Source: a virus. From it: 64,000 bases of DNA. Under the pieces are notes generated by a model. It saw only the letters and a list, made by a program, of their open reading frames with translations. It did not search any database and was not told where the DNA came from. Shown piece by piece: positions 38,765-49,137 of the stretch (position 1 is the first letter of the stretch; every line of letters starts with the position of its first letter). A program made the position numbers and the translations under genes. The stretch is taken from UHGV virus genome UHGV-1364441; one strand, given 5' to 3'.

Positions 38765-39116
38765 AGGTTTAACGCCCGCACAACTGGCAGAGCGTAACGC
38801 TGAATTACCCAGGATTACCCAGGAAAAAGCCTTCCACATACTCGAACGATTAGAAACGCTCGCTACGGAGGAGAAGATATCCCCGGAGATGCTGGTCGAG
38901 TGCAGCCGTGTGATATTGCGTCGCAAGAACGACATCGCGCGGCTGACATCTGGCGCACCATCCGTATCAGCCAGTCCAACGCTTTATTGCAGCTTCTGCA
39001 ACAAATCCCAGCACACCGTTAAAAAGTTAATTGCCGGGGACAACGTTTTCATCTGCAACGAGTGCGTGAAAGATTGCAACAACATTATCCAGGAAGAGCA
39101 AAGGGAATCAGCATGA
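38754..39116 (+). CDS. small protein with C-terminal ClpX-type C4 zinc-binding domain
   Basis: [39 protein letters not shown] closely parallels the ClpX N-terminal zinc-binding domain ([39 protein letters not shown] as recalled); AAGGAGAG RBS. Confidence 0.6.
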   Translation: MKSEGLTPAQLAERNAELPRITQEKAFHILERLETLATEEKISPEMLVECSRVILRRKNDIARLTSGAPSVSASPTLYCSFCNKSQHTVKKLIAGDNVFICNECVKDCNNIIQEEQRESA

Positions 39117-39829
39117 AATTTTCCAAATTTTCTGAGTTGGTGAATCGTATTTTGTCCAACAACCACAGCCATCGTCGCGATATGGATGTAACGATCGTTG
39201 TTCATTCGCCTGGCAGCATTGGTTCAACACCTTCAGTTGAGGTTCAGTCAATTCACGCTGGTTTTGATTGGGATTCCGGGAAAGTGCTGATTTTCCCAGC
39301 ACAGCCACTGACCACGCTAACACCAGAACAGATTACTGATATCACGGATAGTGTGCGCAAAGGTCAGTCTTGGCACGCATATCAGGAATACAAGAAGCAT
39401 AAAGAGCAGTTGGAAAAATTATCGATTGAACTTGATGCCGCAAAACAGCGCATTGCAGAACTGGAGAGCGAACGCGTGGTGCTGGCGGCGGAGAATGTGG
39501 AGCTGAAGTCTGTGCACCCTCAACCATTCGGAGCTGAGATGATGAAGGCTCTTGATGCGTATGAGAAGCATCAGGATGAAGTGCCAGAGACAGGAATGCT
39601 CAATGCATTTTTCATCTTGCGCGACAGCATCCGTGTTGAAACCCCAGCCACCGACGCTTTCCTGGCTGAAGTGCGTGCGCAGGGGGTAGAGATGTACGCA
39701 GATAACCTCGACAACGCAGCAGACGACGCAGAACGAGGTGGTTTTGATTATGCCGTTAAGTTTCTACGCAGTGAAGCGTCTGGTGTACGTTTGTTCGCCG
39801 ACCAGCTTCGCAAAGGAGGCAACCAGTGA
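39113..39829 (+). CDS. Ea22-like protein (lambdoid early-region family)
   Basis: Coiled-coil [31 protein letters not shown] and [14 protein letters not shown] block shared with 43105 paralog; ATGA coupling with previous gene. Confidence 0.5.
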   Translation: MKFSKFSELVNRILSNNHSHRRDMDVTIVVHSPGSIGSTPSVEVQSIHAGFDWDSGKVLIFPAQPLTTLTPEQITDITDSVRKGQSWHAYQEYKKHKEQLEKLSIELDAAKQRIAELESERVVLAAENVELKSVHPQPFGAEMMKALDAYEKHQDEVPETGMLNAFFILRDSIRVETPATDAFLAEVRAQGVEMYADNLDNAADDAERGGFDYAVKFLRSEASGVRLFADQLRKGGNQ

Positions 39830-40101
39830 ATATCGACACGACAATAACGATCGATACGCTCCTAAATACCGGTCTGGCACTTCTCGGTTGGTTTTACATC
39901 ATGTTCAGTGCGGGGAAGTGGGCGGCCTCTGTTTTTCTAAAGCAGTGGGGAAAGCGCCGCAAACAGGAAAAACGCCAGAAAGCGTTGGAGGCGTTCTATG
40001 ACGCATTTGAACTTAGCCGCATTGAACCAGGCACAACAGCGAGGATAGCGACAAAAGGCGACCTGATGATAGTGATGTTCAGACAGGAGAAAACCAAATG
40101 A
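39826..40101 (+). CDS. small membrane protein
   Basis: 91 aa with one hydrophobic segment. Confidence 0.4.
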   Translation: MNIDTTITIDTLLNTGLALLGWFYIMFSAGKWAASVFLKQWGKRRKQEKRQKALEAFYDAFELSRIEPGTTARIATKGDLMIVMFRQEKTK

Positions 40102-40322
40102 CAGAACAGACGATGACAAATCGCGAACTTGTTGATGCCGCGATTGAACTTGCTGGCGATTTTTATTCCATGATGGGTTACGAGCATCGACCTGGTTTTA
40201 AGTATTGGGAGTCACCGCATCCGCAAGAACAACAGGTGTTTGAAATGGCCTGCCGTGCTTTTGAGGTTATTCGCGGTTCTGATGTGATGGATGCCGTTGC
40301 CGACTTGGAGGATGAAGAGTGA
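40098..40322 (+). CDS. hypothetical small protein
   Basis: 74-aa coupled ORF. Confidence 0.4.
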   Translation: MTEQTMTNRELVDAAIELAGDFYSMMGYEHRPGFKYWESPHPQEQQVFEMACRAFEVIRGSDVMDAVADLEDEE

Positions 40323-40630
40323 GCATCATTAAAGAAATGCCGGTAGAACGTGATGAATATGGCTGCTGGACACATCCGGAGTATGAAAAGTTTTGCGCAG
40401 GTCGTGAATATATATCCACTGAGGAATTTGACGCCTGGATGAAGGAAAATAATCTTCAGTGGACTATTCGCAGTATGGATGAAGATGATTTTGATCTGGA
40501 CGCAGCTGGTCCCGATATTGCCGCCTGGGAACCGGAGCGACCAGAGGGTGAAGGCTGGTTTGTTGGCTCTATTCATGACACTGAAGATGGTCCAGTTTGT
40601 ATCTGGCTGCGGGAGAAGGTTGCCGCATGA
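40319..40630 (+). CDS. hypothetical small protein
   Basis: 103-aa coupled ORF. Confidence 0.4.
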   Translation: MSIIKEMPVERDEYGCWTHPEYEKFCAGREYISTEEFDAWMKENNLQWTIRSMDEDDFDLDAAGPDIAAWEPERPEGEGWFVGSIHDTEDGPVCIWLREKVAA

Positions 40631-41319
40631 TCCAGGCTCTGCATGAAGTGAATTTATATAGCCGTATTGATGGTTCAGGCTACAGAAACATATGGGTTGT
40701 TGGTGATTTGCACGGTTGCTACACCCTACTTATGAATGAACTCCATCGTGTGGATTTTGACCCGACACAGGATTTACTGATATCGGTTGGCGACCTTATC
40801 GATCGCGGCGCCGAAAATGTTGAATGCCTGGAGCTATTGCAGATGCCCTGGTTCAGGGCAGTAGTGGGGAACCATGAGCTGTTGATGCTCGATGCGTTAA
40901 GTCCTGATGGCAACGTGAATAACTGGCTAATGAATGGCGGTCAATGGTTCTTCATGCTGGACGCTGATCAGGAAATATTAGCCAGGGCGCTGGTGGAGTT
41001 GGTAAGACGACTGCCCTATATCATTGAGTTGAACACCGGGCAAGAAACTATCGTTATAGCCCATGCCGACTATCCGGATAATGAATATCAATTCGGTAAG
41101 GAGGTGCCGCTTTTCAACGTTGTCTGGGCGCGCGAGCGTATCAGTGATTCGATAGATGGCATTGGTGGAGAAATCACAGGCGCAGATCGCTTTATCTTTG
41201 GGCACACACCGGTACGAAGACCAAAAGCATACTGGAATCAGCACTACATAGACACGGGCGCGGTTTTTTGCGGAAATCTGACGCTAATGCAGGTGAAGGG
41301 AGGACAGCTTAAAGTCTGA
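40627..41319 (+). CDS. Ser/Thr protein phosphatase (lambda PPase / PrpA-like)
   Basis: [59 protein letters not shown] metallophosphatase motifs; start at MIQALHE coupled to previous stop. Confidence 0.85.
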   Translation: MIQALHEVNLYSRIDGSGYRNIWVVGDLHGCYTLLMNELHRVDFDPTQDLLISVGDLIDRGAENVECLELLQMPWFRAVVGNHELLMLDALSPDGNVNNWLMNGGQWFFMLDADQEILARALVELVRRLPYIIELNTGQETIVIAHADYPDNEYQFGKEVPLFNVVWARERISDSIDGIGGEITGADRFIFGHTPVRRPKAYWNQHYIDTGAVFCGNLTLMQVKGGQLKV

Positions 41320-41343
41320 TCAAATCATTTACGCACTCAAAAT

Positions 41344-41376
41344 GTGTTAGAACATTGATTTTAGTTTTCTAACATA
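41344..41376. promoter_or_regulatory. inverted pair of operator-like motifs upstream of 41417 gene
   Basis: tgtgttagaacattgattttagttttctaacat. Confidence 0.5.
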
Positions 41377-41416
41377 TTATTTTACCGCTCGGAACAAAAC
41401 AGAGTCGGTATACATT

Positions 41417-42412
41417 ATGAGTGCAATAATCACACCTCATTTCGTAAACGGAGCTGGTGTGGCTGTCTTTCCGGTAGACAAGCCCACCAGTAACTACATT
41501 GGCGTAGGTCGCCGTTTCATTATCTCCCCACTTCCGCGTGAACAGGCTGAAAACACGCCAGATGGCGTAGTGGATCTGAATTATTCGCTGGTTGCCAACC
41601 AGTCTCTGAAACCGTTTTTTCAAAGCGAGCGCGTATTTAACGCGTTGGGCGGTGAAGATTCGCTTGTTCATTGGGTAAGTTCCAATATCCACGATTGCCA
41701 GGCGCACGATAAGCGCGATTGCAGCCACCAGCTAACCACTCATTTCTATAACGGCTCTGCCGTTCGCCTGTGCTGGAAGCATGATGCGGAATACATGATG
41801 AAGGGGTACAGCAAGCTGGACGACCAGTTATCCCTGAATCGTGCCAACTGGGTTATGAACTGGGCTGCGAGCGAGTTAAAACTACCGCCAGAACGCGATC
41901 TGAGCATGGTTGAACTCACTTTTTGGGCCATTCGCCGGAATCTGAAAGATGAGCTGCCAGATGAAGCCGGTCGCATTGCATTTTGTCAGCCAAAAACTGA
42001 AATCCCTACCGGTACGCTGAAAGAATCAGATATCACCTGGGAGCACAGTACCCGCGAGCTGGTGGACATAACCGCAGAGCAGATCGTCAACCTGTCTGTA
42101 GATGAGGATTCCGGCCTGCTTTATATGCGCCGACCAAAAGCGGTCCTCGGTAAAAGCCCGGCTTATCTCCGGTTTGTGGTTTCTCGTCCGTGCATCGGAT
42201 GCGGTGGCAAAGTTAACCACCCGTTCATATACCGCGCCCGCTCGTTAAACGAACACGACCGCTGGGCTGTTCCTCTTTGCGATGACTGCGCCAGAAGCGC
42301 AGAAAACGATGTCCGGGCATGGGAAAAAGCACATGGCATACGCCTTTACGTAGCCGCTAACCAGCTTTTTGACTTCGCCATCGAGCGCGGAGTGATCACT
42401 TTCAATAACTGA
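41417..42412 (+). CDS. hypothetical protein with C-terminal Cys cluster (prophage DUF968-like?)
   Basis: 331 aa; CIGCGG...HP...PLCDDCA suggests zinc-binding; family guess is weak. Confidence 0.45.
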   Translation: MSAIITPHFVNGAGVAVFPVDKPTSNYIGVGRRFIISPLPREQAENTPDGVVDLNYSLVANQSLKPFFQSERVFNALGGEDSLVHWVSSNIHDCQAHDKRDCSHQLTTHFYNGSAVRLCWKHDAEYMMKGYSKLDDQLSLNRANWVMNWAASELKLPPERDLSMVELTFWAIRRNLKDELPDEAGRIAFCQPKTEIPTGTLKESDITWEHSTRELVDITAEQIVNLSVDEDSGLLYMRRPKAVLGKSPAYLRFVVSRPCIGCGGKVNHPFIYRARSLNEHDRWAVPLCDDCARSAENDVRAWEKAHGIRLYVAANQLFDFAIERGVITFNN

Positions 42413-42428
42413 TGAGGTGGATCAAAAA

Positions 42429-43118
42429 ATGAAAGAACGCGGGATGATTTTTAACGATGAGATGGTCAGGGCCATCCTCGAAGGAGGGAAGACGCAGACT
42501 CGCCGACCTGTAAAAAATGTCAGGGCCGATAACTGCCTGGTTATCCGTAAACCGACAAAGAAACGCAATGGTGTCTATACCCACGTTATGGATGCACCTG
42601 AACATGGTTTATGCCCGTTCGGTAACGTTGGTGATCGCATATGGGTCCGTGAGGCGTGGGCGATATTAGGCAATGAGGATGGTTGCAGTGTGGACTGGAA
42701 CGACAACCTTTGTCGTGGCGATGAGAAGAACGCAGCAAGGATTTATCGGGCCAGTTGTGAGCAAAAGCCGGGTGATTACGGCTTGTGGTCGATACCCGAT
42801 GATGCCGACTGGAAACCTCACACTGTGAATGAAAAATTTGATGGCGGGTGGTGTCCATCAATTCACATGCCGCGCTGGGCATCGCGCATTCTTCTGGAAA
42901 TTACCAACGTGCGCGTTGAGCGGTTGAACGATATCAGCGAATGCGATGCAAGGGCTGAGGGCGCACCAACAGAATCGACCCTCATTGGCGATAAGCATTA
43001 CCCAAGTTTCCGTAGCCTATGGAAATCAATTTATGGCGAAGATAGTTGGAACGCTAATCCCTGGGTGTGGGTAATCGAGTTTAAGCGTATTCAGGGGGCA
43101 ACCAGTGAGCAAAATTAA
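42429..43118 (+). CDS. hypothetical prophage protein
   Basis: MKERGMIFNDEMVRAILEGGKTQTRRP N-terminus common in lambdoid prophage proteins; GAGGTGG RBS. Confidence 0.45.
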   Translation: MKERGMIFNDEMVRAILEGGKTQTRRPVKNVRADNCLVIRKPTKKRNGVYTHVMDAPEHGLCPFGNVGDRIWVREAWAILGNEDGCSVDWNDNLCRGDEKNAARIYRASCEQKPGDYGLWSIPDDADWKPHTVNEKFDGGWCPSIHMPRWASRILLEITNVRVERLNDISECDARAEGAPTESTLIGDKHYPSFRSLWKSIYGEDSWNANPWVWVIEFKRIQGATSEQN

Positions 43119-43803
43119 CTATCAAGAACTGCGCGAGGCGGCGGAACAGGCAACGCAAGATGAATGGGTAGCATATATTTTGCCGGGTCATAACGGCATT
43201 TATCCTGCGCGCACGTCTGAGGGTAGGCATTGCGGATACTTTATTGACTGGCCTGGCATTGATGGACAAAGGAATGCTGGTGCTAATGCCCGTTATATCG
43301 CGGCCATCCCACCAAAAGTTGCGCTGGCACTCCTGGGCGAAATTAAGCGCCTGGAGGACACAAATATTGATGCTATGTGCCGAATAGCACCGCTTGAGAC
43401 TAAGCTCGCGGCTCTGGTGGCAGAGAACGCCGGGCTGAAACTCGCAATGGCTGTAACTCTTGATCATGTGTCGGTCACGGATGCAGGGCAGGCCGGAGTT
43501 GCTGCAATGATTATCAACGATGCTCTGCACCACAGCGAAACCCCAGCCACCGATGCTTTTCTGGCTGAAGGGAAGACTGAAGCACGCAAGGAAGGCGCTT
43601 ATTTTGTGGCGAACAGAATGTTGGCAGCCTGGAAAGCTGGTTTTATTGATGATACTGCGAAGAACGCTGCGGATATTGCCCGGATGATCCTTACCTCTAC
43701 TGAGTTTATGACTAATGCGCCGGAAAGCCATTTTGATCGCTCATTCTCTGATGGCGTTCTCGAAGATATCGCCGAACAGCTTCGTAAAGGAGTCATCCAA
43801 TGA
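43105..43803 (+). CDS. Ea22-like protein, paralog
   Basis: GTG start; shares SKI(N/D)YQ.LREAAE N-terminus and [10 protein letters not shown] block with neighbours. Confidence 0.5.
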   Translation: MSKINYQELREAAEQATQDEWVAYILPGHNGIYPARTSEGRHCGYFIDWPGIDGQRNAGANARYIAAIPPKVALALLGEIKRLEDTNIDAMCRIAPLETKLAALVAENAGLKLAMAVTLDHVSVTDAGQAGVAAMIINDALHHSETPATDAFLAEGKTEARKEGAYFVANRMLAAWKAGFIDDTAKNAADIARMILTSTEFMTNAPESHFDRSFSDGVLEDIAEQLRKGVIQ

Positions 43804-44303
43804 GCAAGATTGACTATCAGGCACTGCGTGAGGCGGCAGAGAAAGCAACGTGGGGAGACTGGGACTCATATAAACCACACCGTGGCGCACGTGGTTATGA
43901 GGTCCGACTAAGTAGTCAGGCCATCGCGCAACACGTTCTGAAAAACAACGCTGAATTTATTGCTGCCTTTAATCCAAAGATTGCATTGGCACTACTGGAT
44001 GAACGGGAAAGGAACCAGCAATACATCAAATCCCGCGACCAGGAGAACGAGGATATTGCGCTAACGGTAGGGAAGCTGCGCGAGAAGCTGGAAGCCGCAG
44101 AGAAGCGCATTGCAGAGTTAGAAAGTGGTTCTCAGGCACAAAAGTTAGTTGAAGCAATCATTGTTGCGATAGAAAACGAACAGGAAAGGCTTTTTGATGA
44201 AGATTACCTAATGGATTCGAAAGAATGCATTGACGTAATTCGTGAAGAAGTAAAGCGATGGAATGATTCCCGTGCCGCTGGCATTCGCATCAAAGGAGAG
44301 TGA
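43800..44303 (+). CDS. Ea22-like protein, paralog
   Basis: MSKIDYQALREAAEKAT... N-terminus near-identical in pattern to 43105 gene; coiled-coil. Confidence 0.5.
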   Translation: MSKIDYQALREAAEKATWGDWDSYKPHRGARGYEVRLSSQAIAQHVLKNNAEFIAAFNPKIALALLDERERNQQYIKSRDQENEDIALTVGKLREKLEAAEKRIAELESGSQAQKLVEAIIVAIENEQERLFDEDYLMDSKECIDVIREEVKRWNDSRAAGIRIKGE

Positions 44304-44304
44304 T

Positions 44305-44499
44305 ATGGCAACCAACAACCGTAAAGCAAAGATTCTGTTAGTTCGTAGAAACGCTCCTGGCGTCTGGCAGTGGGTGAGACTCAGCAACCGACGGATGGGG
44401 TTGATGAAATATTACGGGATGATGGATTGTGGTTTTTGCAAAAAGCCCAGCGCGGCGCAAAACCGCTGGAAAAACCATTTGCGCACTAAAGGAGAGTGA
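44305..44499 (+). CDS. hypothetical small basic protein
   Basis: MATNNRKAK...; preceded by aaaggagagtgatATGgc cassette. Confidence 0.35.
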   Translation: MATNNRKAKILLVRRNAPGVWQWVRLSNRRMGLMKYYGMMDCGFCKKPSAAQNRWKNHLRTKGE

Positions 44500-44500
44500 T

Positions 44501-44710
44501 ATGGCTATTGCCGCAAGTTACACCATGCATCTCTATTGTGACTGCCGCCAGTGTACGGAAGGTGTATATCCAGTGCCAGACTTCGGTGAATATATCGGTA
44601 CGTCATGGGCTGGCTGTGCAAAAGAGGCACGTAAGGATGGCTGGCGAATAAGCAAAGACAAAACACGTGCTTTTGCGCCCGGGCATAAAGTTTTGAGGAT
44701 TAACAAATGA
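44501..44710 (+). CDS. hypothetical small Cys-rich protein
   Basis: MAIAASYTMHLYCDCRQCTEG...; preceded by the same 18-bp aaaggagagtgatatggc cassette. Confidence 0.35.
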   Translation: MAIAASYTMHLYCDCRQCTEGVYPVPDFGEYIGTSWAGCAKEARKDGWRISKDKTRAFAPGHKVLRINK

Positions 44711-45396
44711 CCACTTTAACCGACAAAGAACTGATTAAAGAAATCAAAGAGCGTATCAGCAGCCTGGACGTTCGAGACAATATTGAACGCCGGGCTTATG
44801 AAATTGCACTGGCATCGCTGGAAGCAGATCCAGTTGCTTATATTTTCAAACATCCGGCCGGGAAATTATTCTGGGCTTTAACGGATGAAAGCAATAAAGA
44901 GCAACCGGACGTTATTCCTGTTTATGCTGCCGCGCCTGCGTCGGTTGTGCCGGATAATGCATCAGAGCCTCTTGCTTATGCTTACAAAGAGCTTACGCCT
45001 GAGATTATGCGCAACCAGGCTGCCGAATCCAATCGCGGTAATGAGTGGACCGGCAATCCTGATATTGATAACGCCATCATCATGCTCGACCGCATAGATA
45101 CGCTGGAAAATTGCGATGATGACCGTATTGAGGCTGTTAAGGCTGTTTTGCGTAGACTGGCTGGCAACTCTCCGGTAACTCCGGATGGTTGGATAAGCTG
45201 TAGTGAGCGAATGCCGGATAGCAAAACAGCCGTTCTTGTTGCCAGGGAGTTTGACAGGAAAGGTGACTGGCGAATGAAATGGGCGACTTACATCCCGGGG
45301 CATCCTGACGCTAATGATGGGTGGATAATTCCAGGTGCGTCGTGGATACCATCACACTGGATGCCGCTACCAGAACCGCCGCAGGAGGCGAAATGA
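44707..45396 (+). CDS. DUF551-domain prophage protein
   Basis: C-terminal DGWISCSERMPD...WMPLPEPP pattern typical of DUF551. Confidence 0.5.
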   Translation: MTTLTDKELIKEIKERISSLDVRDNIERRAYEIALASLEADPVAYIFKHPAGKLFWALTDESNKEQPDVIPVYAAAPASVVPDNASEPLAYAYKELTPEIMRNQAAESNRGNEWTGNPDIDNAIIMLDRIDTLENCDDDRIEAVKAVLRRLAGNSPVTPDGWISCSERMPDSKTAVLVAREFDRKGDWRMKWATYIPGHPDANDGWIIPGASWIPSHWMPLPEPPQEAK

Positions 45397-45653
45397 TGGA
45401 TGTAAAAGAGAAGGTTTTGCAGGTGATGCGTTCCCGGGCTGCCCTGCAAGATAAAGCTCTCGGCGGGGAATATCCATTCAGGATGGCAACCTGGAATTTG
45501 CGGTTGGCAATGGAGAAGGAATTTCCTGATGAAGAATGGCGCTCGGCAGATTTGCGCAAAATTCTTATGGAGCTGGCTAAAGACGGAACAGTATCCAAAG
45601 ATACCCATGCCAGCCGGATTGGTCAGGCGGTATGGAGACTGGAGGTGAGGTAA
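45393..45653 (+). CDS. hypothetical small protein
   Basis: MMDVKEKVLQ... with GGAGG RBS (ORF track starts 45321). Confidence 0.4.
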   Translation: MMDVKEKVLQVMRSRAALQDKALGGEYPFRMATWNLRLAMEKEFPDEEWRSADLRKILMELAKDGTVSKDTHASRIGQAVWRLEVR

Positions 45654-45934
45654 TGGCTAACCTGCAACTTGCCGTCAAAGGTGAATACTTCGATGACATG
45701 ATTCGCGGGGAGAAAACGGAAGAGTATCGCCTGTGTAATGGCTACTGGAATAAGCGAATCATGTTCCGGGAATATGACCGCCTGATTATCACAAAGGGAT
45801 ATCCGAAGCGCGACGATTCCAGTCGCAGAATAGACGTCCCGTATAACGGATATGAAATCAAGACAATCACACATCCGCACTTCGGTGATAAACCGGTAAA
45901 GGTGTACGCGATAAAGGTGAATATCAATGGCTAA
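45653..45934 (+). CDS. hypothetical small protein
   Basis: MANLQLAVKGEYFDDMIRGEKTEEYR...; RBS GGTGAGG. Confidence 0.4.
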   Translation: MANLQLAVKGEYFDDMIRGEKTEEYRLCNGYWNKRIMFREYDRLIITKGYPKRDDSSRRIDVPYNGYEIKTITHPHFGDKPVKVYAIKVNING

Positions 45935-46379
45935 ATTTCAAAGAGCTATTATTTTTCTGGCTATGTTATCAGCCAGTCATTTATCCCACGCGTCAGTTAT
46001 TGCCGCTGGAGCGGCGGCAACAGCGGCGGCAACAGCGGCGGCAACAGCAGCGGCAACAGCAGCGACCACGGCGGCAGTAAATGCTTCTATCGCCAGCGAG
46101 CAAGCGCGGCGTGCTGCAACCAATGCTTCCGCAAACACCACCACGGTATCAGTCACACAATCAAAACCGAATATAGGCTTTGTTACTTGCGGAAAGAGGA
46201 ATAGCGAAATGGTTGGTTCTCTTGGTTGTGTAATGTGGCAAGAGGACGATAGACCTGAAATCCCGTGGAACTCATGGCCTGGTTACATTCTTGGTAAGAA
46301 GATACCCACCAGCTATGAAGTAAATGCTATTTCATTCGACCAATATAACGGTGTTGCAACGGTGTATTTTCTGTATTAA
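45927..46379 (+). CDS. secreted protein with Ala/Thr repeat tract
   Basis: Signal peptide then AAATAAATAAATAAATAATTAA encoded by tandem 9-bp gcggcggca/acagcggcg repeats. Confidence 0.5.
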   Translation: MAKFQRAIIFLAMLSASHLSHASVIAAGAAATAAATAAATAAATAATTAAVNASIASEQARRAATNASANTTTVSVTQSKPNIGFVTCGKRNSEMVGSLGCVMWQEDDRPEIPWNSWPGYILGKKIPTSYEVNAISFDQYNGVATVYFLY

Positions 46380-46391
46380 CACGGAGTAATT

Positions 46392-46685
46392 ATGTGGCGT
46401 GGTAATAGTCATGGCAGAAGCCAGATGATACTTACCGAATATACGTTAGACCACAAAACCAATAAATCACGCTCAGTATATTTGCTTCGGCACAATAGCC
46501 GCGTAAGGAATACCGTGCTGGAGCAAAATCTGACCGTTGAAATGGATAATTTTGGGAACTTCAAGCCAACAATAGCGCTTGATGATTTTCCGCGTGGTTT
46601 AAGCGAAAGAGAAGCAATGCTTAAATTAGCAGAATGGCTACAGAGATTAAGTATTGCTATTGAAGATAACTGGAGCAATCCGTAA
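46392..46685 (+). CDS. hypothetical protein
   Basis: 97-aa ORF. Confidence 0.4.
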   Translation: MWRGNSHGRSQMILTEYTLDHKTNKSRSVYLLRHNSRVRNTVLEQNLTVEMDNFGNFKPTIALDDFPRGLSEREAMLKLAEWLQRLSIAIEDNWSNP

Positions 46686-46925
46686 TGAAAAATAAAAAGT
46701 TTTGGTCTACGTTTTTATTTGTCTGTGTTTGTGGCTTTTTTGTTGCTTTAGCTGGTGGCGTAGAATGGGGAACGGAGAACTGCGGCGTAATGGTTGGTGA
46801 CACCTTATTACTCGCGGGCATGTTAGCTTTTATTCGTTCATGAGAAAGATTCAAACCACCAGCAATATTATTACCCCTGTCGTTACGGCAGGGGGCTGCA
46901 ACACTGTGTAATTGAGTAATTTTAT

Positions 46926-47300
46926 ATGATGACATTCAAACATTTTCTTGACCGTCCATTATGGGCGGCAGCCGCAGGCTATGACTTTAATTATATGGAT
47001 TGCATGTCTTATACCGCCAATGCATACGACCATTCCTTCAGTCTGCTGTTTAATTCTTTAAGAATATTGCCGCAAACAGAAGTTGGAGAGCTTCATTTAT
47101 GGCTATTGGGCTTTATCGCGGCTGGAGTTGGTATTGCTGTATGGCCTTTTATTTTCTGGCTGGTGGCTGTTGTAGTGTGGTTTAAGTGCAAGGCATACCG
47201 GAATAAGTATTTCTTAGGTGATGGAATGACTGATATTGCCAAAAGGAACATTGAAAATTGGACCAAAGAATGCGAAAAGAAATGGAGCAACAAGAAATGA
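46926..47300 (+). CDS. membrane protein
   Basis: Hydrophobic stretch LWLLGFIAAGVGIAVWPFIFWLVAVVVWF. Confidence 0.45.
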   Translation: MMTFKHFLDRPLWAAAAGYDFNYMDCMSYTANAYDHSFSLLFNSLRILPQTEVGELHLWLLGFIAAGVGIAVWPFIFWLVAVVVWFKCKAYRNKYFLGDGMTDIAKRNIENWTKECEKKWSNKK

Positions 47301-48013
47301 CCAGAATCACTAAATTGCGCATATCAGAGATTATTGCACGCATCGAAATGTATGGACACGGTGCTGGATATACGGCAGATGAGGTGTTGGAGCTTGCCAA
47401 AATAGCGTTAGCAACCTGCAAGGATGGTGAAACCATAAAGCTGATTGACTTGTTGGTGCAGGAGCTGCCAAAGCGTGGAGGGTGGCCTGATGATGTGCTC
47501 GATTGTCGCATGGTTAGAGAGGACGAGTATGAACCATCATATGGCCTCTTTGCTTTTGGCTCTGACCCAGCAAAAAGCCTGCGAGGACGCCATTTTTGCC
47601 TTGAGGTCAGACTCCCGATAAGTAACCTTGATCGTGAGGAATACACGGAAATAATTTCGCGCAAACAATACGAAGAGGCTCTAGAAGCATCCAGTAAGTT
47701 AAATTTTGAGCAATGGCTGGAACAGCAACGCGGGAAAATCGATGTGGACTGTGGTTGTGTGTCCACTGAAACATTCATGCACTGGCTGCGGGTAGCTTAC
47801 GAGGCTGGCAACCATCCGGATTTTCCGGATAGTTCCCAACAATCGCCCAAGAAAAGCGTAAAAACCACTCTGGAAAGAGGCTATCTTGAGGCCGCATTAA
47901 AGATTAAGCCGGGCCATACGCTAGGCGTCATTGATGCCATGTTGGTTCATGAAATGGCGAAGGCTTTATTGCCGCTGGTGGCTGATAAAATTCCGAATAA
48001 AGCCGATATCTGA
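47297..48013 (+). CDS. hypothetical protein
   Basis: Start MTRITKL by ATGA coupling (ORF track 47258). Confidence 0.45.
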   Translation: MTRITKLRISEIIARIEMYGHGAGYTADEVLELAKIALATCKDGETIKLIDLLVQELPKRGGWPDDVLDCRMVREDEYEPSYGLFAFGSDPAKSLRGRHFCLEVRLPISNLDREEYTEIISRKQYEEALEASSKLNFEQWLEQQRGKIDVDCGCVSTETFMHWLRVAYEAGNHPDFPDSSQQSPKKSVKTTLERGYLEAALKIKPGHTLGVIDAMLVHEMAKALLPLVADKIPNKADI

Positions 48014-48052
48014 TCACCATGCTAAAATCCCCTCAATTCACAGAGGGGATTT

Positions 48053-48325
48053 TTGTATATGTTGCATAGAGTTTTATGGAAAAGCGTTATTGTCGGCGCG
48101 ATCTTGGCTATGTCTGGGTGTGCTATGGTGCAATACAATGACGGAGAAAAGGTTAGCATCCAGTCAGATGGTTGGTATGGCCTGGATAGCCTGCAAAAAA
48201 CAGCGGATAAAGCCTGCCAGCAATACGGAAAGTCTAAAGCCGTATATCAGCATAGTGCTAACGCTAATCCTCATCTTGCGCCCGGAACAGGCGTTCAGAA
48301 TACCATCTGGAAATGTGAGCCTTAA
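48053..48325 (+). CDS. lipoprotein
   Basis: Signal peptide with lipobox (AILAMSGC). Confidence 0.5.
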   Translation: MYMLHRVLWKSVIVGAILAMSGCAMVQYNDGEKVSIQSDGWYGLDSLQKTADKACQQYGKSKAVYQHSANANPHLAPGTGVQNTIWKCEP

Positions 48326-48327
48326 AT

Positions 48328-48579
48328 ATGAGCGACTGGAATATTGCAGCTAAAAGTCAGGAAGAACGGGATAAGGTTAACGTTGATCTGGCTGCCAGCG
48401 GTGTGGCGTACAAAGAGCGATTGAACATACCTGTCATAGCTGAACAGGTAGCCCGCGAGCAACCAGAGAATCTGCGCACCTATTTCATGGAACGGCTACG
48501 GCACTACCGGCAGTTAAGCCTCCAGTTGCCAAAAGGGAGCGATCCGGTGTATCAGAACGAGGATGCACCAAAAAAATAA
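48328..48579 (+). CDS. hypothetical protein
   Basis: 83-aa ORF. Confidence 0.4.
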   Translation: MSDWNIAAKSQEERDKVNVDLAASGVAYKERLNIPVIAEQVAREQPENLRTYFMERLRHYRQLSLQLPKGSDPVYQNEDAPKK

Positions 48580-48702
48580 CGGCAAGATGGGGGAGAAATG
48601 TGATTAGCCCCCAGCGTGGCGCGCCTACAAACCCAGCTTTCACAAACTATGCCTTTTCAATGTATACTGTATGAATAAACAGTATCATTAAGGTAAAACG
48701 CT

Positions 48703-49092
48703 ATGGGCTTCCCTTCTCCTGCGGCGGATTATGCAGAGAGCCGCATTTCTCTTGATCAGCAACTAATCAGACATCCTTCCGCGACCTACTTCATGCGGGC
48801 GGCAGACAGCCATCACCGTGAGGGAATATTGCAAGGTGCTTTGCTGGTGGTTGATTCCTCACTTACTCCGGTTGATGGTTCACTGCTTATATGCGCTATG
48901 GAGGGTGAATATCGCATAAAGAGATACAGGAAATATCCGCGCCAGCACCTGGAGGATTTAAGCACCGGGAAGAAAGAGGCGTTACCAGTAGATGACGATG
49001 GATGCACGGGCAGTAATGCTGTTTTTGGTGTGATCACTTATGTCATTAATGATGCCAGAAGTGGGGAGTTTGATTATAGACCTGTGATTTAA
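48703..49092 (+). CDS. humD: HumD/UmuD'-like S24 peptidase-fold protein
   Basis: GFPSPAADY...HPSATYF..A.DS...G.L.G.LLVVDSS collinear with UmuD lacking the N-terminal arm, as in P1 HumD. Confidence 0.75.
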   Translation: MGFPSPAADYAESRISLDQQLIRHPSATYFMRAADSHHREGILQGALLVVDSSLTPVDGSLLICAMEGEYRIKRYRKYPRQHLEDLSTGKKEALPVDDDGCTGSNAVFGVITYVINDARSGEFDYRPVI

Positions 49093-49137
49093 GGCGCATA
49101 AAGAAGCCCGCCAGACCAGGCGGGCTTTTTGTTGATA

